A stretch of DNA of 64,000 nt from Aureliella sp. Lineage in GTDB: Bacteria > Planctomycetota > Planctomycetia > Pirellulales > Pirellulaceae. The notes beneath the pieces are model-generated. The model was not told the DNA's origin, did not search any database, and saw only the letters and a list, made by a program, of their open reading frames with translations. This document shows, in pieces, positions 53,469 to 64,000 of this stretch; within the stretch, counting starts at the first letter, position 1; each line of letters opens with the position of its first letter. The stretch covers positions 512,001 to 576,000 of the forward strand of contig OY829846.1 of assembly GCA_963691875.1 (NCBI GenBank). Direction: 5' to 3'. A program made the position numbers and the translations under genes.

Positions 53469-54941
53469 ATGAAACTGAAGATGCTTGTTTTTACGGTGTT
53501 TAGCTTACTGTTTTTCTTTTCCCAGCTTGGGAGTTCAGCATTAGCACACGCAGACCAGCCGAACATCTTGGTCATTTTGGTAGATGACATGGGCTACGGA
53601 GATCCAGGGTGTTTCAATCCGAAATCAAAGATCGCAACGCCCAATATTGATTTCTTGGCGGCGCGCGGAATGAAATTCACAGATGCACATGCGCCAGGAC
53701 CGCTTTGTCATATGTCGCGTTATGGGTTGATGACAGGTCAGTATCCTTTTCGCACCAACGTCGGTTTGTGGCGGAAACAGCCGTTGATCGAAGAAGGCCA
53801 AATGACGATCGCGTCACTAGCTAAATCCCAAGGGTATCGAACGGCGATGGTAGGCAAGTGGCATTGTGGCTTTGATGAAAGAGGTGGTTATACAAAACCG
53901 CTTCCGGGCGGTCCATTCGATCGTGGTTTTGACTCGTTCTTCGGAATTAGAGCATCGACGGACATCCCTCCCTACTTCTTCATTCGCGACAATCGGGCTG
54001 TCACGCCACCCAGCAACCAGACTGGTGGGAACAAGAGCGACGGTTGGTCTCCGATTCAAGGAGCGTTCTGGCGCGCAGGCGGAATCGCCCCGGATTTGAA
54101 TCTGGCAGAAGTCACACCGCGTTTTACCCAAGAAGCAATTTCCGTCATCAAGCGGCATGCGAAAACCAAGGAAGAGAAGCCGCTGATGCTCTACTTAGCT
54201 TATCCCTCGCCTCACACTCCGTGGTTGCCATCGAAGAACTACGCTGGAAAGAGCGGAGCAGGTATGTTTGGCGATTTTATGATGATGGTAGACGATGAAA
54301 TCGGACAAGTTCTTACTGCACTCGATGAAGCCGAGATGACCGAAGAGACACTTTTGATCTTCACGGCAGATAATGGCCCTGTATGGTATGACGAGGATGT
54401 TGAGAAGTTTGGACATGATTCTGCAGGTGACTTACGCGGGATGAAAGCCGATGCCTGGGAGGCAGGCCATCGAATGCCATTCATCGTGCGTTGGCCAGGA
54501 AAAGTTGAGCAAGGCACAACGACGAACCAGACAATTTGCTTTACCGATCTACTGGCATCCTTTGCAGACGTGCTTGACGTAGAGTTGACGGCGGATCAGG
54601 GGCCAGATAGCTTCAGCTTTTTGCCTGTGCTCACCGGAGAGCAGCCTGCGTCGGAGCCCATTCGTGGGCCGATTGTCATGACGCCAGGTTCCGGCGATGG
54701 TATGCAAATGGTTCGTGCTGGTGACTGGAAGTTAATCAAAGGGCAAGGATCGGGCGGTTTCTCGAAGCCGAAGAAGCGGAATCCAAACGCTGGCGAGCCT
54801 GTAGGACAGCTTTATAATCTTGCGACGGATCCGAGCGAGTCGAAAAATCTCTACGCGCAACACCCAGAGATCGTGAAGAGGCTTCTGGCTACGATGGAGC
54901 GTATTGTTGCTTCGGATTCGAGCAAGATGCTTGAGTACTAG
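53469..54941 (+). CDS. Arylsulfatase-family sulfatase
   Basis: Signal peptide, PNILVILVDDMGYGD, CHMSRYGLMTG, GKWH, PHTP, FTADNG, EAGHRMPFIVRWPG, LYNLATDPSE. Confidence 0.93.
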   Translation: MKLKMLVFTVFSLLFFFSQLGSSALAHADQPNILVILVDDMGYGDPGCFNPKSKIATPNIDFLAARGMKFTDAHAPGPLCHMSRYGLMTGQYPFRTNVGLWRKQPLIEEGQMTIASLAKSQGYRTAMVGKWHCGFDERGGYTKPLPGGPFDRGFDSFFGIRASTDIPPYFFIRDNRAVTPPSNQTGGNKSDGWSPIQGAFWRAGGIAPDLNLAEVTPRFTQEAISVIKRHAKTKEEKPLMLYLAYPSPHTPWLPSKNYAGKSGAGMFGDFMMMVDDEIGQVLTALDEAEMTEETLLIFTADNGPVWYDEDVEKFGHDSAGDLRGMKADAWEAGHRMPFIVRWPGKVEQGTTTNQTICFTDLLASFADVLDVELTADQGPDSFSFLPVLTGEQPASEPIRGPIVMTPGSGDGMQMVRAGDWKLIKGQGSGGFSKPKKRNPNAGEPVGQLYNLATDPSESKNLYAQHPEIVKRLLATMERIVASDSSKMLEY

Positions 54942-55120
54942 GACTCGTCATCACTAGCGAAACGCATCAAAATCTTCGCCTGATACTTATCAGATTTACA
55001 GCCTCATTGGCTGCAGCTGTGCGAATCTGGGGGGGCAAACCACGGACTCGTAGCCTCGTCCACTACACCTGAGTGTTTTATCTTCGTGACAGGACGAGAC
55101 CGAAGCAAAAGGATTCTTCT

Positions 55121-55519
55121 ATGTCAAAGGACTTTGTAGTTCGCGTTTTGCCCGGGGAATATGCGATCTGCCGATTGGCACCTGAATCTTCTATCCCAGA
55201 CTCGCCAGAAGATGCAAAATTTTGCTCGGTCACTGTTACCGAAGCTGAAATTTCAGTCGTTTGTGAGTCGAGCCATGTACCTGCAGGATGTCAAACTACG
55301 GATGCAGATTGGGGCATCGTCTATATTGATGCTCAAATGGATCTCGACATCGTCGGTGTGCTTGCAAAGTTGCTCGCACCACTACGTAAAGCGGGGATCA
55401 GCATCTTTGCGATTTCTACGTTCGATACGGACTATGTTTTGATCCGAAAGTCAAAGTTGCCGGTGGCCCTGAATGTTCTTCGGAGCGTCGGGTACGACGT
55501 TCGAGATGAAGACGGTTAG
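55121..55519 (+). CDS. ACT-domain protein (CASTOR/ACT_7-like)
   Basis: YAICRL, SVTVTEAEISVVC, VGVLAKL...GISIFAISTFDTDYVLI. Confidence 0.9.
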   Translation: MSKDFVVRVLPGEYAICRLAPESSIPDSPEDAKFCSVTVTEAEISVVCESSHVPAGCQTTDADWGIVYIDAQMDLDIVGVLAKLLAPLRKAGISIFAISTFDTDYVLIRKSKLPVALNVLRSVGYDVRDEDG

Positions 55520-55766
55520 TTTAGCCGTCGACCGAACGCCGAAACCATTGGTTCTATTGCACTGCATTCGTGCGCACGAAACAAGATCTGGTCGCATGAG
55601 TCAGCAACTATCGCTCTGCTACGGCTTCGCCCGCAATCCGTCACCAATCAGAGGTGCCCCGTTACCAGATACATGGGGTCCCAAATCGTTCGATACTCAT
55701 GTCTGAAGGTCCGGATCGCTATCGAGGTGCCAAGTGCACAAAAGAATAGCTGTTCTTCGAGCAAGA

Positions 55767-56906
55767 TTAGCTGATGTCAGACAAGCTGCGATCATAGACA
55801 CGATAGGTCTTGCTTCTTTCAAGCCCACTGCGTTCGAGTGTCCCGCGAGAAAGGTGATTCGATTCAAGCACCCAAGAGAATTCGCCGTGCTTGATCCCAA
55901 GTTTTAAGACGTCATCAAGCATCCGTTCTAAGGCTAGCAGTCCGAAGCCCCACTTCTGGAACTCTGGCAAGACATTGGCACTCATCAATCGTACACGGTC
56001 AAGCTTGCGCTTCTCCCGCATCAGCTTGATGAACCCAAACGGAAAGAGTCTTCCGTCGATTTTCTTGATGATTTGGTTGTAATCCATCAGTCCCAGCCCC
56101 GCACCAATGGGCTTTCCGTCGACTTCAATGAACGTTGAAAGCTCTGGAAGCAAGAGATGTTTCAGTGCCTTCCCTTGGTGCCGGACCTCAGACGGTGTAA
56201 GGGGAACAAAGCCCCAGGTCGCAACCAGTGATTTGTTGTAGATGTCAAGAAAGAGCTCGACATCTGACATGAAGTTTTTCTTGTCAAAAGGACGCACGCT
56301 GACATCGAACCGTCGTCGGAGTTCATCGACAACGAATTGCAACTTCGGATCCAACGTAGCCAGCATGTCAATGTGGCCTTCGAAGGCAAACATATCCTCC
56401 TTCTTTTCGAACCCAAAACCCTTAATTAGGCGATCATGATAGTCCTGATTGTAGGTCATCATAAAAGTTGGCGGTGAGTTGAAGCCCTCGACTAGGGTTC
56501 CAACTTCGTAATTAAGGCTTGGGTTGATTGGCCCGCGAATGTCGCTGTGACCATTCTCGTTCCTGTGATAGAGAGCGGCCTCGCGAAACAATGCATTAGC
56601 GATCTCTTGATCGTTGATGCATTCGAAGAAACCGAAGAAGCCGCGATTCTCCTTGTAACGTTCATTGTGGGCCACATTCGTATGAGCCGCGATGCGTCCA
56701 ACAGTTTGGCCGTTCTTCACCGCAATGAAGCACTCAACCTTATTGACGTCGTAGTAGGGGTGCTTGCGAAAGCCGACGAGTTCTTCTTGGGCAAAGATCA
56801 GCGGAGGCACCCAGTTCGGGTCTTCTTTGTAAAGATCCCAAAGCAAACGAATAAAGGCCTTGCGATCTGATCGGTTCCTGCCAACTCTTCGAACTTCAAA
56901 ACTCAC
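55767..56906 (-). CDS. YghO-like GNAT acyltransferase (bacterial ceramide synthase-like)
   Basis: LYKEDPNWVPPL, VGRIAA, GFFGFFEC, RGPINPSLNYEVG, PPTFMMTYN, WGFVP, SWVLESN, KTYRVY. Confidence 0.85.
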   Translation of the reverse strand: MSFEVRRVGRNRSDRKAFIRLLWDLYKEDPNWVPPLIFAQEELVGFRKHPYYDVNKVECFIAVKNGQTVGRIAAHTNVAHNERYKENRGFFGFFECINDQEIANALFREAALYHRNENGHSDIRGPINPSLNYEVGTLVEGFNSPPTFMMTYNQDYHDRLIKGFGFEKKEDMFAFEGHIDMLATLDPKLQFVVDELRRRFDVSVRPFDKKNFMSDVELFLDIYNKSLVATWGFVPLTPSEVRHQGKALKHLLLPELSTFIEVDGKPIGAGLGLMDYNQIIKKIDGRLFPFGFIKLMREKRKLDRVRLMSANVLPEFQKWGFGLLALERMLDDVLKLGIKHGEFSWVLESNHLSRGTLERSGLERSKTYRVYDRSLSDIS

Positions 56907-57049
56907 CGATTCACTTTCCTGTACTGTAGTGTTTGGGTGGGATGAACTGGCTGCAATACAGTCAAGTTATCGCTCAGCTTCGGATCAACCGCTACACCGA
57001 GCAACTCATTGGCCTAGCACAAGCGGCGTGCTGTTGGTTGCATAACGGG

Positions 57050-57859
57050 CTACTGCTGTTCCGGACGCATAGCGTTAGCCACTAACTCGCGGTCAAAGTA
57101 GTTGATGCTCATGCCTGCGTCAACGACCACTGATTGTGCAGTAATCCCGCTGGACCGGGGGCTAAGCAAAAAGGCAGCTGTGTTCGCTACTTCCTCAGTC
57201 TTCAAGGCTTCCTTGCGAGGAATGACTTGTTCGGCGAATAAGTAAGCATCTACGTACCCAGGAATGCCAGCCGAGGCGCTGGTTTTCAAGAGTCCAGCCG
57301 ATACGGCGTTAAATCGCACTTGGCTGAAGCGGCTGAATGATTTAGTCAGGAAAGCGAGTGACGATTCCAACGCGGCTTTCACGGGAGCCATAAATCCATA
57401 GCTTTCACTGGCCATCCGCGTGGTGGAGATTCCGATCGTGACTGCAGAACCTGTAGAATCAAGTTGGTCCTTCAAGGCATTGGCGAGGGCGGTGAAGGAA
57501 AAGCAACTGATATCAACTGCTTGCAAAAACTGTTTGCGCGTCGTCTCATGAAATGGGTGCATGCCGTCGCTGTAATCGGCAAAAGCGATGGAGTGAACAA
57601 AGCCATAGAACCCGTCAAAGTCTGTTCGGAGTCTGCCTGCGAGAGCATCGATCTGTTCTTGCTGTTCTACGTCGCAGACATAGACCGCTTTGTCGACTAG
57701 CAGTTTTCGGAGTTGCTCCTTGCGCTGTTCGCTTCGGACCACATAAACAACCTCGCAACCGGATTCCTCGAGCACCTTCGCGATTTTGAAGGCAACGCTC
57801 TTTTTGTTTGCGACGCCGAAAATGAGGATGCGTTTTCCGCTGAGTTGGAGGAAGTCCAT
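57050..57859 (-). CDS. fabI: Enoyl-ACP reductase-like SDR
   Basis: [47 protein letters not shown]. Confidence 0.88.
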   Translation of the reverse strand: MDFLQLSGKRILIFGVANKKSVAFKIAKVLEESGCEVVYVVRSEQRKEQLRKLLVDKAVYVCDVEQQEQIDALAGRLRTDFDGFYGFVHSIAFADYSDGMHPFHETTRKQFLQAVDISCFSFTALANALKDQLDSTGSAVTIGISTTRMASESYGFMAPVKAALESSLAFLTKSFSRFSQVRFNAVSAGLLKTSASAGIPGYVDAYLFAEQVIPRKEALKTEEVANTAAFLLSPRSSGITAQSVVVDAGMSINYFDRELVANAMRPEQQ

Positions 57860-57916
57860 TGGTAGGTCGGTTTTTAGTCTGCCATGCGAAGGAAAGAAGG
57901 GCGGTTTGTACTGCGA

Positions 57917-58354
57917 CTACTCTGGCTTGGCGACAGTGCACGCGAAGTCAAGTCTGGCAGCTAGCTTACCACCAACCGTTACCTTGCCAGTCAAGAAAAA
58001 GGCTGTCGAGACAACTTCATTCAGGGTAGCGTGAATGTCAACCGTGTCACCAGGGCGAACCATCTTCTTAAACTTTACCCCGTCCATGCGTGTAGCGACA
58101 GGCACAGCGCCTTCGACAGCAGCCTTGGTTGAGAGCAGGATTGCACCCGCCTGCAAGGCACACTCGCAAAGAATCACACCGGGGACGAGTGGAAATTCAG
58201 GAAAGTGGCCGTCGACGAAGAATTCACTGGCTGAGAATGTCTTGCGGCAATGGATCTGATCTTCGCTTTGTTCAACGATCTCGTCGACGAGGAGCATCGG
58301 TTTGCGGTGCGGAATCACCGCTTCAACTTCTGCCTGTTTCTCGGTTGGACTCAT
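57917..58354 (-). CDS. fabZ: 3-hydroxyacyl-ACP dehydratase-like hotdog protein
   Basis: IPHRKPMLLVDEI, GHFPEFPLVPGVILCE, VKFKKMVRPGD. Confidence 0.88.
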   Translation of the reverse strand: MSPTEKQAEVEAVIPHRKPMLLVDEIVEQSEDQIHCRKTFSASEFFVDGHFPEFPLVPGVILCECALQAGAILLSTKAAVEGAVPVATRMDGVKFKKMVRPGDTVDIHATLNEVVSTAFFLTGKVTVGGKLAARLDFACTVAKPE

Positions 58355-58492
58355 GCAACTATTCTTAACTTTGTTGGCGGGATGCGTGGCAGTCGACTAA
58401 AAAAGGCATCACATCGGTTGTTCCAGCCTTTAGCGTGGGTGCCGACGGCTAGTGTCTGGCCGTTTCGTCACACTTTTGTTTGCATTACTGGT

Positions 58493-59938
58493 CTATGCCG
58501 TCACCGGTCCGGCGGCCTGAGCTTTCATGATATATTGATCAACGTCATTGGCGACGATAACACCATAGTTGATGGCGCCAAGCCAGCCAGACATGATGAT
58601 TCCGACGCTCCCGGCATGATAGAGCCCTGGGATCTGCTCTGGCAAAGCACGACTGACAGCGAGGCCTTCGAATTTAGTACCAAAACTTGCGCCGGTAAGG
58701 TGCTTGGTGTAGTGTTTGAAAGTCCTCGGAGTGGCTGCCTCAGCTCGTTCTAATTTGTCTCGGATACCCGGGACATACCTGTCGAGGGCATCCAAGGTGG
58801 TCTCTACTAAGTCCTGCTTGCTCGCTTCGTATTCTTCTTCGTTCAGGTTCGCCCAGTCTTCATATCGGGCATTAGTGCTACTGACGATTGCGTGTCGACG
58901 CTTTTTCGCATTCGGACGTGTACGCGGGTAGTAGAAGCTGAAGGTACGACTCGTGATGTCTCGACTCAGCAATGCTTCAGTACGGAAAAGTGGTGCTGTC
59001 GAGCTGAATAACAAGTCACCGGTCGACTCGTCGATTTCCACGCCCTCCTTGAGAGCCATGTAGACTTGAGTACTGCTGTTATTCAGTCTCACCTGCCTTG
59101 CCTGCTCGACGAAACTTGGGTCAAACTTCTCTTCGCCAACAAGATTGAAAATAGTACCGTTCAGATTTGAGTTACTGATCACACTGCCACAGCGGATGAT
59201 GCGTCCGTTCACCTCGATCGCCTGAACACCTTTGGGGCCAACTTCGATTTTGGACACGTCGCAGTTAATGCGGCAGTCGACCTTGTTCTTCTGCAGTTCG
59301 GCGTGCATCTTCTTGATTAGGTCGTCTGTACCACCTTCGTAGATGTAGACGCCCTTGGCCATAAAATTGGAGAAGACGATGCCATAGGTAATAGCAGGGT
59401 CTTCCAGTGTGGAGCCATTGGCGTAGGTGATTGGCTCCATCAGGAGTCGAACAACGTCCTCGCGACCGGGAAAGAATTTCTCGAAGAGTTCTCGAGTGGT
59501 CATTTCTTGGTCGTCGTAGAAGTTCATGCCGCGAGCGGTATCGAAAAACTTCTTGACCTGCTCTGGAGCAATTCCAAAATCCGTTGAGAGCAGACGTGTG
59601 AAATCCTCACGATTAAAGGTCGTAGTGAGAGAAAACATCGGATTGTCGAAACGGATGTTTTCTAACTGCACGATGTTGGCCGCGATATCCTCGTTCCAAT
59701 AGCGACGACAACTCTTCAGCATGCCCGCTGGAAATCCGTGGAGTGAGACGTCGAAGATGTGTCCGCCGGGGCGCAGGAACCATGTAGCGAGGCCGCCTAG
59801 CTTGTAGTGCTGCTCTACTAAAAGAACACGATGGCCTGAACGTCCGAGGATGTTTGCCGTGGTCAGCCCAGCGAGCCCGCTCCCGATGACTACGACGTCG
59901 TAGTAATCTTCACAACCTTTCAAGAAATCGCGAGGCAT
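58493..59938 (-). CDS. Phytoene desaturase-like FAD-dependent oxidoreductase
   Basis: [44 protein letters not shown] at 59938. Confidence 0.88.
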   Translation of the reverse strand: MPRDFLKGCEDYYDVVVIGSGLAGLTTANILGRSGHRVLLVEQHYKLGGLATWFLRPGGHIFDVSLHGFPAGMLKSCRRYWNEDIAANIVQLENIRFDNPMFSLTTTFNREDFTRLLSTDFGIAPEQVKKFFDTARGMNFYDDQEMTTRELFEKFFPGREDVVRLLMEPITYANGSTLEDPAITYGIVFSNFMAKGVYIYEGGTDDLIKKMHAELQKNKVDCRINCDVSKIEVGPKGVQAIEVNGRIIRCGSVISNSNLNGTIFNLVGEEKFDPSFVEQARQVRLNNSSTQVYMALKEGVEIDESTGDLLFSSTAPLFRTEALLSRDITSRTFSFYYPRTRPNAKKRRHAIVSSTNARYEDWANLNEEEYEASKQDLVETTLDALDRYVPGIRDKLERAEAATPRTFKHYTKHLTGASFGTKFEGLAVSRALPEQIPGLYHAGSVGIIMSGWLGAINYGVIVANDVDQYIMKAQAAGPVTA

Positions 59939-60260
59939 ATGCGGGACCTGCAGGGCAGAGATGTGACGGAGAAACCGGGCCAACTGTTGGCTCGAGGAAT
60001 GGAAAGATAAGGCACTTTAGGGAGAATGCCAAGCTCTAATGGCGGCCGCTCCGCCCGTAATGGACGCGAGGAGAACTGCGGCAGCATTTGCAAAGACGGC
60101 AATGCGTCCTCGTTACTTGGACGAAGCTGCATAGGTTCCAAACTAGTGTCGCGATTCTTACGTGTGGGGATTAGGGCCCCTCGCTACAGTGATAGGACTG
60201 TTGCTGACATGTCAGTGAAGCTCGGGACGAGACTTCGTCAACTCATCTATCACCCGAGCC

Positions 60261-61004
60261 TCACTTGAGCGTGATTGCCTTTTGGAGTGGTTGGAGAACA
60301 TTTTCCACGAGGTAGTTGTCGAGCAGGCGCTCTCCGAGCTCGGCTAATCGCGTGATCTCTTCGCTGAACTTTTCGCTGCTTTTCAGGCTATCGAAACGCC
60401 TCAAAGTCAGGTAGATGCTGATCTGCTCCTCGCCATACTCCCCACTTCGCACTTGGAAGGGGGAGGTGCGAGATTCGAAAGCGATCCGACACTGCGTTAG
60501 GCAGCCGTCGTCCAATGCCAACTGCATGACAGGTTCATAGCCCAACAGTTTGGCTTCCGTAATCTCCGTCAACTTTTCAAACGCGGGTGGCACACCCATG
60601 GCTTCAGCGATTAACTCGTTGTGATTCCCGCGATAGTTGTAGTCAAAACCAAATGTCAGATTCAACGACTCGCAGTCCAAGTGACTGATCGATAGCTCGA
60701 AAGGAATCAACTCCAAGACGGAGCGATGCTGCTCGACTGCCTCGGAAATGAGCTCCGGATTGACTGCCCCACTACAAACACGCTTCACCTCAGTCGCAAC
60801 CCAGCGATATTGTCCGGAAGTCTTCTCCTCCTCCAAGCTGAACTCGCCGTTGTCTCGGGTGTAGAAGTTTGCCATCCTGGGGAAGCGTTTTTGAATCTGC
60901 TCGAAAAAATGTAGAACAGACTCACGGTTCTGAGGAAGGTCCATCTCGGTATTTAGATGCATGTTCACGTAGAACTCATCACAGATCGACGAGTACTTGT
61001 GCAT
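60261..61004 (-). CDS. Hypothetical protein
   Basis: 247-aa ORF with globular composition and AAGGA upstream; no motif recognised. Confidence 0.8.
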   Translation of the reverse strand: MHKYSSICDEFYVNMHLNTEMDLPQNRESVLHFFEQIQKRFPRMANFYTRDNGEFSLEEEKTSGQYRWVATEVKRVCSGAVNPELISEAVEQHRSVLELIPFELSISHLDCESLNLTFGFDYNYRGNHNELIAEAMGVPPAFEKLTEITEAKLLGYEPVMQLALDDGCLTQCRIAFESRTSPFQVRSGEYGEEQISIYLTLRRFDSLKSSEKFSEEITRLAELGERLLDNYLVENVLQPLQKAITLK

Positions 61005-61221
61005 GGCAACATTCCTTGTTCGTTGAAAATGATTCGCGATGCGGTAGGATCAGATGGCTAAAATCCGGCAACCAACGCCCCAGCAACCGCCTCAAACGTT
61101 TGGCCTTTTGTGCTCCAACGATTGGGAACTTAGTCAATGGAGTTGCCTCTCTCCTTTCCGATTCTGATTTGCTAGCCGGTCTAGCCGTTCGCACCGACCG
61201 GCGGTCATGAACGCGTGGGGA

Positions 61222-61251
61222 AGTGTAGACATCGTTCCGACGGGATGTCAA
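61222..61251 (-). promoter_or_regulatory. Putative sigma70 promoter with overlapping inverted repeat
   Basis: Minus strand TTGACA-N18-TACACT; GACATC-N10-GATGTC palindrome at 61228-61249. Confidence 0.5.
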
Positions 61252-61438
61252 AGCGTTGGGGTGCAAACGCGCCGAACTCGGCGATTGTGAAGTTAGCTAG
61301 AAACGGTATTCTTTACCTGTAGTATGTAGGCTTCGGGGGAATCGGCAAATGCTTAAGCGTGAACAACTAGTTTTGGAGCCTAGTTGGGCGGCAAGCTAGC
61401 GCAGGAATTCTAGAAAAGCCCGTGCGGTAGGGAATTCA

Positions 61439-61879
61439 ATGAATCTTCAATTTATCTTCGTCTACGGGACTTTAAAGACTAGGCAACTGCGAGAACGAAG
61501 CTGGCCGCGGAACCCCGTCTCGATCGAACTTGGCTGGACACTTGGGGCGCTGTATGATACCGGTCCCTATCCCGCATTAGTCGATGGGCAGGATGGCGTT
61601 GCGGGCGAGGCTTGGGGCTTTAAAGAGGCTGATCTAGAGGAGACGCTTGTAGTCCTAGATCGCATCGAAGGGACCAATCAACCTCGCGAAGAGAATTACT
61701 ACAACCGTGAGCGAGCAACCGTCTACATGCAGGAAGGCGGACATCGGGAGGCGTTTATCTATCGTTTCGCGAAGTTGGAGCAAATAACTAGTTTTTCTTA
61801 CATGCACCCGCGTCTGGATTTTGAAGGACAACTGCTCAGCATCTGGCCAGAAGGATGCACATGGGAATTAGAAAAGTGA
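61439..61879 (+). CDS. Gamma-glutamylcyclotransferase (AIG2-like)
   Basis: FVYGTLK, LYDTGPYPALV, VAGE, LDRIEG, YNR. Confidence 0.92.
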   Translation: MNLQFIFVYGTLKTRQLRERSWPRNPVSIELGWTLGALYDTGPYPALVDGQDGVAGEAWGFKEADLEETLVVLDRIEGTNQPREENYYNRERATVYMQEGGHREAFIYRFAKLEQITSFSYMHPRLDFEGQLLSIWPEGCTWELEK

Positions 61880-62112
61880 ATAGCTTTCGGTGCGTCTAGT
61901 CAACGGGCAGAACGGTGCCTAACACCCGCGCGTGCATTCGTGTAAAGGATAACGCTTGAAAACGAACCTGGACTGGTAGCTCCTGACCGGCAAGCCGCCT
62001 TTGGCTCGCGAGATGCTTAACGTTGCCACCTTGCATAAGGGATAATGGCTTCGTCGTTTTGAGCCACGCTGCTCTCCTGCTCTGAGGCACACTTTCCGAG
62101 AAACACATCTCG

Positions 62113-63051
62113 ATGGCCAAGTTCGCTGTCGCGAAAAAGCTTCTGATTCAAACCGATCCCCGGACCGGTTAGGACCGAGGCATTGAGGATGAGACTTGGA
62201 CATCCTGGGCGCCTTAACTTTGTAAAAAACGCGACACCGAAGCGACTGTCTCGGACGCCAAGCTCCGTAGATTTACGTTACGCTTCGTCGGGTGACGAGG
62301 TGGGAGCAGGTGAGTTGTACACGAAACTCGTGAGCCGGAATAGTCGATCCGAGACGAGATTCGGTTCCTGCGTCCTATGAATTCGGTCAGCAGAATTAAA
62401 TTTGATTTTACTGTGGAAGACGGCCGAACCGAAGTCAACTGGAGTATATCGGGCTCGCTTCCATTCGTTTTATTTTGGATCACGGCTAACATCGAGACCT
62501 TTGTACGCATGGACTCCAACGGTGGCTTTAAAATGCCTAGGGAGTGGAGCGAAACGGACGGCAGCAAATCTCAAACGAGCAGTATCGGGCCACAAGCCAT
62601 AGAGCCATTTTCCGTTCTTGGAACAGGCGGCCAATGTGAGATGAAGAACAAGGGGGGCCATCCATGCAGCAGAGCTCAGGGAGTGCCGTTGAGTTGCTGC
62701 AGCGAATTGGCATTGACGCTTGCTGCAAAAAGATTTCGGCTCACCACAACTCTAATCTCAAAAAATTTATGAGTACACCATCTGCAGTCTCATGTACAGA
62801 AGCCCGCACGAGTGTGCCTCAGGGAGTGAACGCATGGTCACTTCCTACAGTACAAGCATTTCATATCGATCATCTTGGTGCTTATGAATAACTAGGCAAT
62901 GCTTGGAGTGCAGCCGACCAGCATGTACGAAACAAAAAATGAAACAAAGAAAAGTGGTTGCGCTCGAGTTGTATAAGAACGATTCAAGCGAAACTGCTCG
63001 ACGCATTGGTTGACGGATATATATCTACCTTTTAAGCAAGTTGAAGTTTAA
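62113..63051 (+). pseudogene. Heavily decayed SRPBCC + GyrI-like effector-binding protein gene
   Basis: Pieces across frames: MAKFAVAKKLLI, TEVNWSISGSLPFVLFW...FVRMD...KMPREWSET, AFHIDHLGAYE*LGNAWSAADQHVR, TDIYLPFK; several stops and frameshifts. Confidence 0.75.
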
Positions 63052-63096
63052 TGATCTCACAGGATCAGCAATTATCCTGCGGGCGAGGGTAAAAAG

Positions 63097-64000
63097 TTGG
63101 CACGAGAATCAGCGTTACCGCAGGGACTAACGGAAGATCAACGTCAGTGGATTCATTGGCGTATGGATTGGCTCGGTGACAATTTCGGAGATGCTTTGCT
63201 TGAAAACGCAAAAGTGCTAATTCCCAACGGAAGCCAGTTTGCAAAGATCTTGTCGAGCCAAACTCTTGGTCCATCCGAGTCCGCAAAACTTGCGTTGGAA
63301 TATTTGAAACGATTGTGTCATTGGCTTGACTGCGGTAGTGCGCAGTATCACTTGGATATTTCCAATGATCCGCAGCGATGGAGTTCAGCAAATGCAATCG
63401 CAATCGACTCAGCTGCCCTAACTAACCGCCCGAACCTGCTAGCGTTGCTTGCTCACGAACTTTCGTTCGCCCAGCTGCTTGAGCATAAAGAACTCGAGCC
63501 AAATGCAGAAGACATTGAGGGACTCGCTGACTTGATGGGCGTTTTCTTCGGGCTTGGCGTCGTATTGGCGGCCGCAGCGCCAACGGTAGGCAAGCCAGAA
63601 GATGCTTATTTCGAGGTCTGTCTATCATCCCCGATGCTTGCATACGCTTTGGCACTATTTGCGAAGAAGCGAGGCGAGACCAACCCCTCCTGGGCGGGCG
63701 AGTTTCACGGCGAGTTGCTGGAAGCATTCTATGATGCGCAATACTACTTAGAGCGGTTGGAAGAGGAGACAGAAACGGCTAGCGATGATTACGAGGCTGA
63801 TGAGCCGGGAGCTGAAGAAGTCAGCAAGTTACAGCATGCTTCTGAACCCGACGAAGAATCCCGCTCCAGCGATGAAGTGGTTGGGATTGCAGCTGAAGCA
63901 GAAACCTACTCCAGAAAACAAGATGCGAAACGCGATGACGGAACTGAGTCTTGGGACGACGAGCAGGAACCTGCCGGGCCGGCCGGAGAAAAGTATGCGG
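63097..64000 (+). CDS. Hypothetical protein with degenerate zincin-like motif and acidic tail (partial, runs off right edge)
   Basis: Open frame from TTG 63097 (LARESALPQGLTEDQRQWIHWRMDWLGDNFG...LLAHELSF...EGLADLMGVFFGLG...) to the edge; not in the ORF track. Confidence 0.75.
   Translation, partial: MARESALPQGLTEDQRQWIHWRMDWLGDNFGDALLENAKVLIPNGSQFAKILSSQTLGPSESAKLALEYLKRLCHWLDCGSAQYHLDISNDPQRWSSANAIAIDSAALTNRPNLLALLAHELSFAQLLEHKELEPNAEDIEGLADLMGVFFGLGVVLAAAAPTVGKPEDAYFEVCLSSPMLAYALALFAKKRGETNPSWAGEFHGELLEAFYDAQYYLERLEEETETASDDYEADEPGAEEVSKLQHASEPDEESRSSDEVVGIAAEAETYSRKQDAKRDDGTESWDDEQEPAGPAGEKYA

Noticed and set aside
1..64000. tRNA, rRNA, CRISPR arrays, integrase or att repeats
   Set aside because: None seen by eye; tRNAscan-SE, Infernal and a repeat finder would be needed to exclude them

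Overview
Bacterial chromosome segment whose gene content points to a planctomycete (Pirellulaceae-like; inferred from protein families). From left to right: an exosortase/PEP-CTERM/EPS locus (TPR protein running off the left edge, VPLP-CTERM protein, EpsI, Wzc-type kinase, exosortase, WbaP-type transferase) and a divergent rfbB-rfbD-like-rfbA operon lacking rfbC. Next come a PVC-type heme-c dehydrogenase, a beta-helix protein, an orphan SMI1/KNR4 gene, a PAS hybrid kinase, an FAD oxidoreductase, pdxA, a DUF151 nuclease plus WYL regulator, and an AlkD-like gene broken by one TGA. The centre holds a four-gene GAF-HlyD / HlyD / M50-peptidase-HlyD / DUF3467 export-like operon with no ABC ATPase, RND pump or TolC; its divergent neighbour appears to reuse the same GAF-like domain fused to a Zn-binding module (best candidate for an undescribed system). 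A decayed phage/satellite patch follows (HK97 capsid remnant, highly structured downstream non-coding tract, PEP-CTERM cargo). The right part has an SSS transporter, a heme-c histidine kinase coupled to methanofuran-type C1 genes, a sulfatase with a non-canonical CxMxR motif, a lipid cluster (phytoene-desaturase-like, FabZ, FabI, ceramide-synthase-like GNAT) and several pseudogenes. No rRNA, tRNA or CRISPR array was recognised. All family calls come from motif recognition by eye, not database searches.
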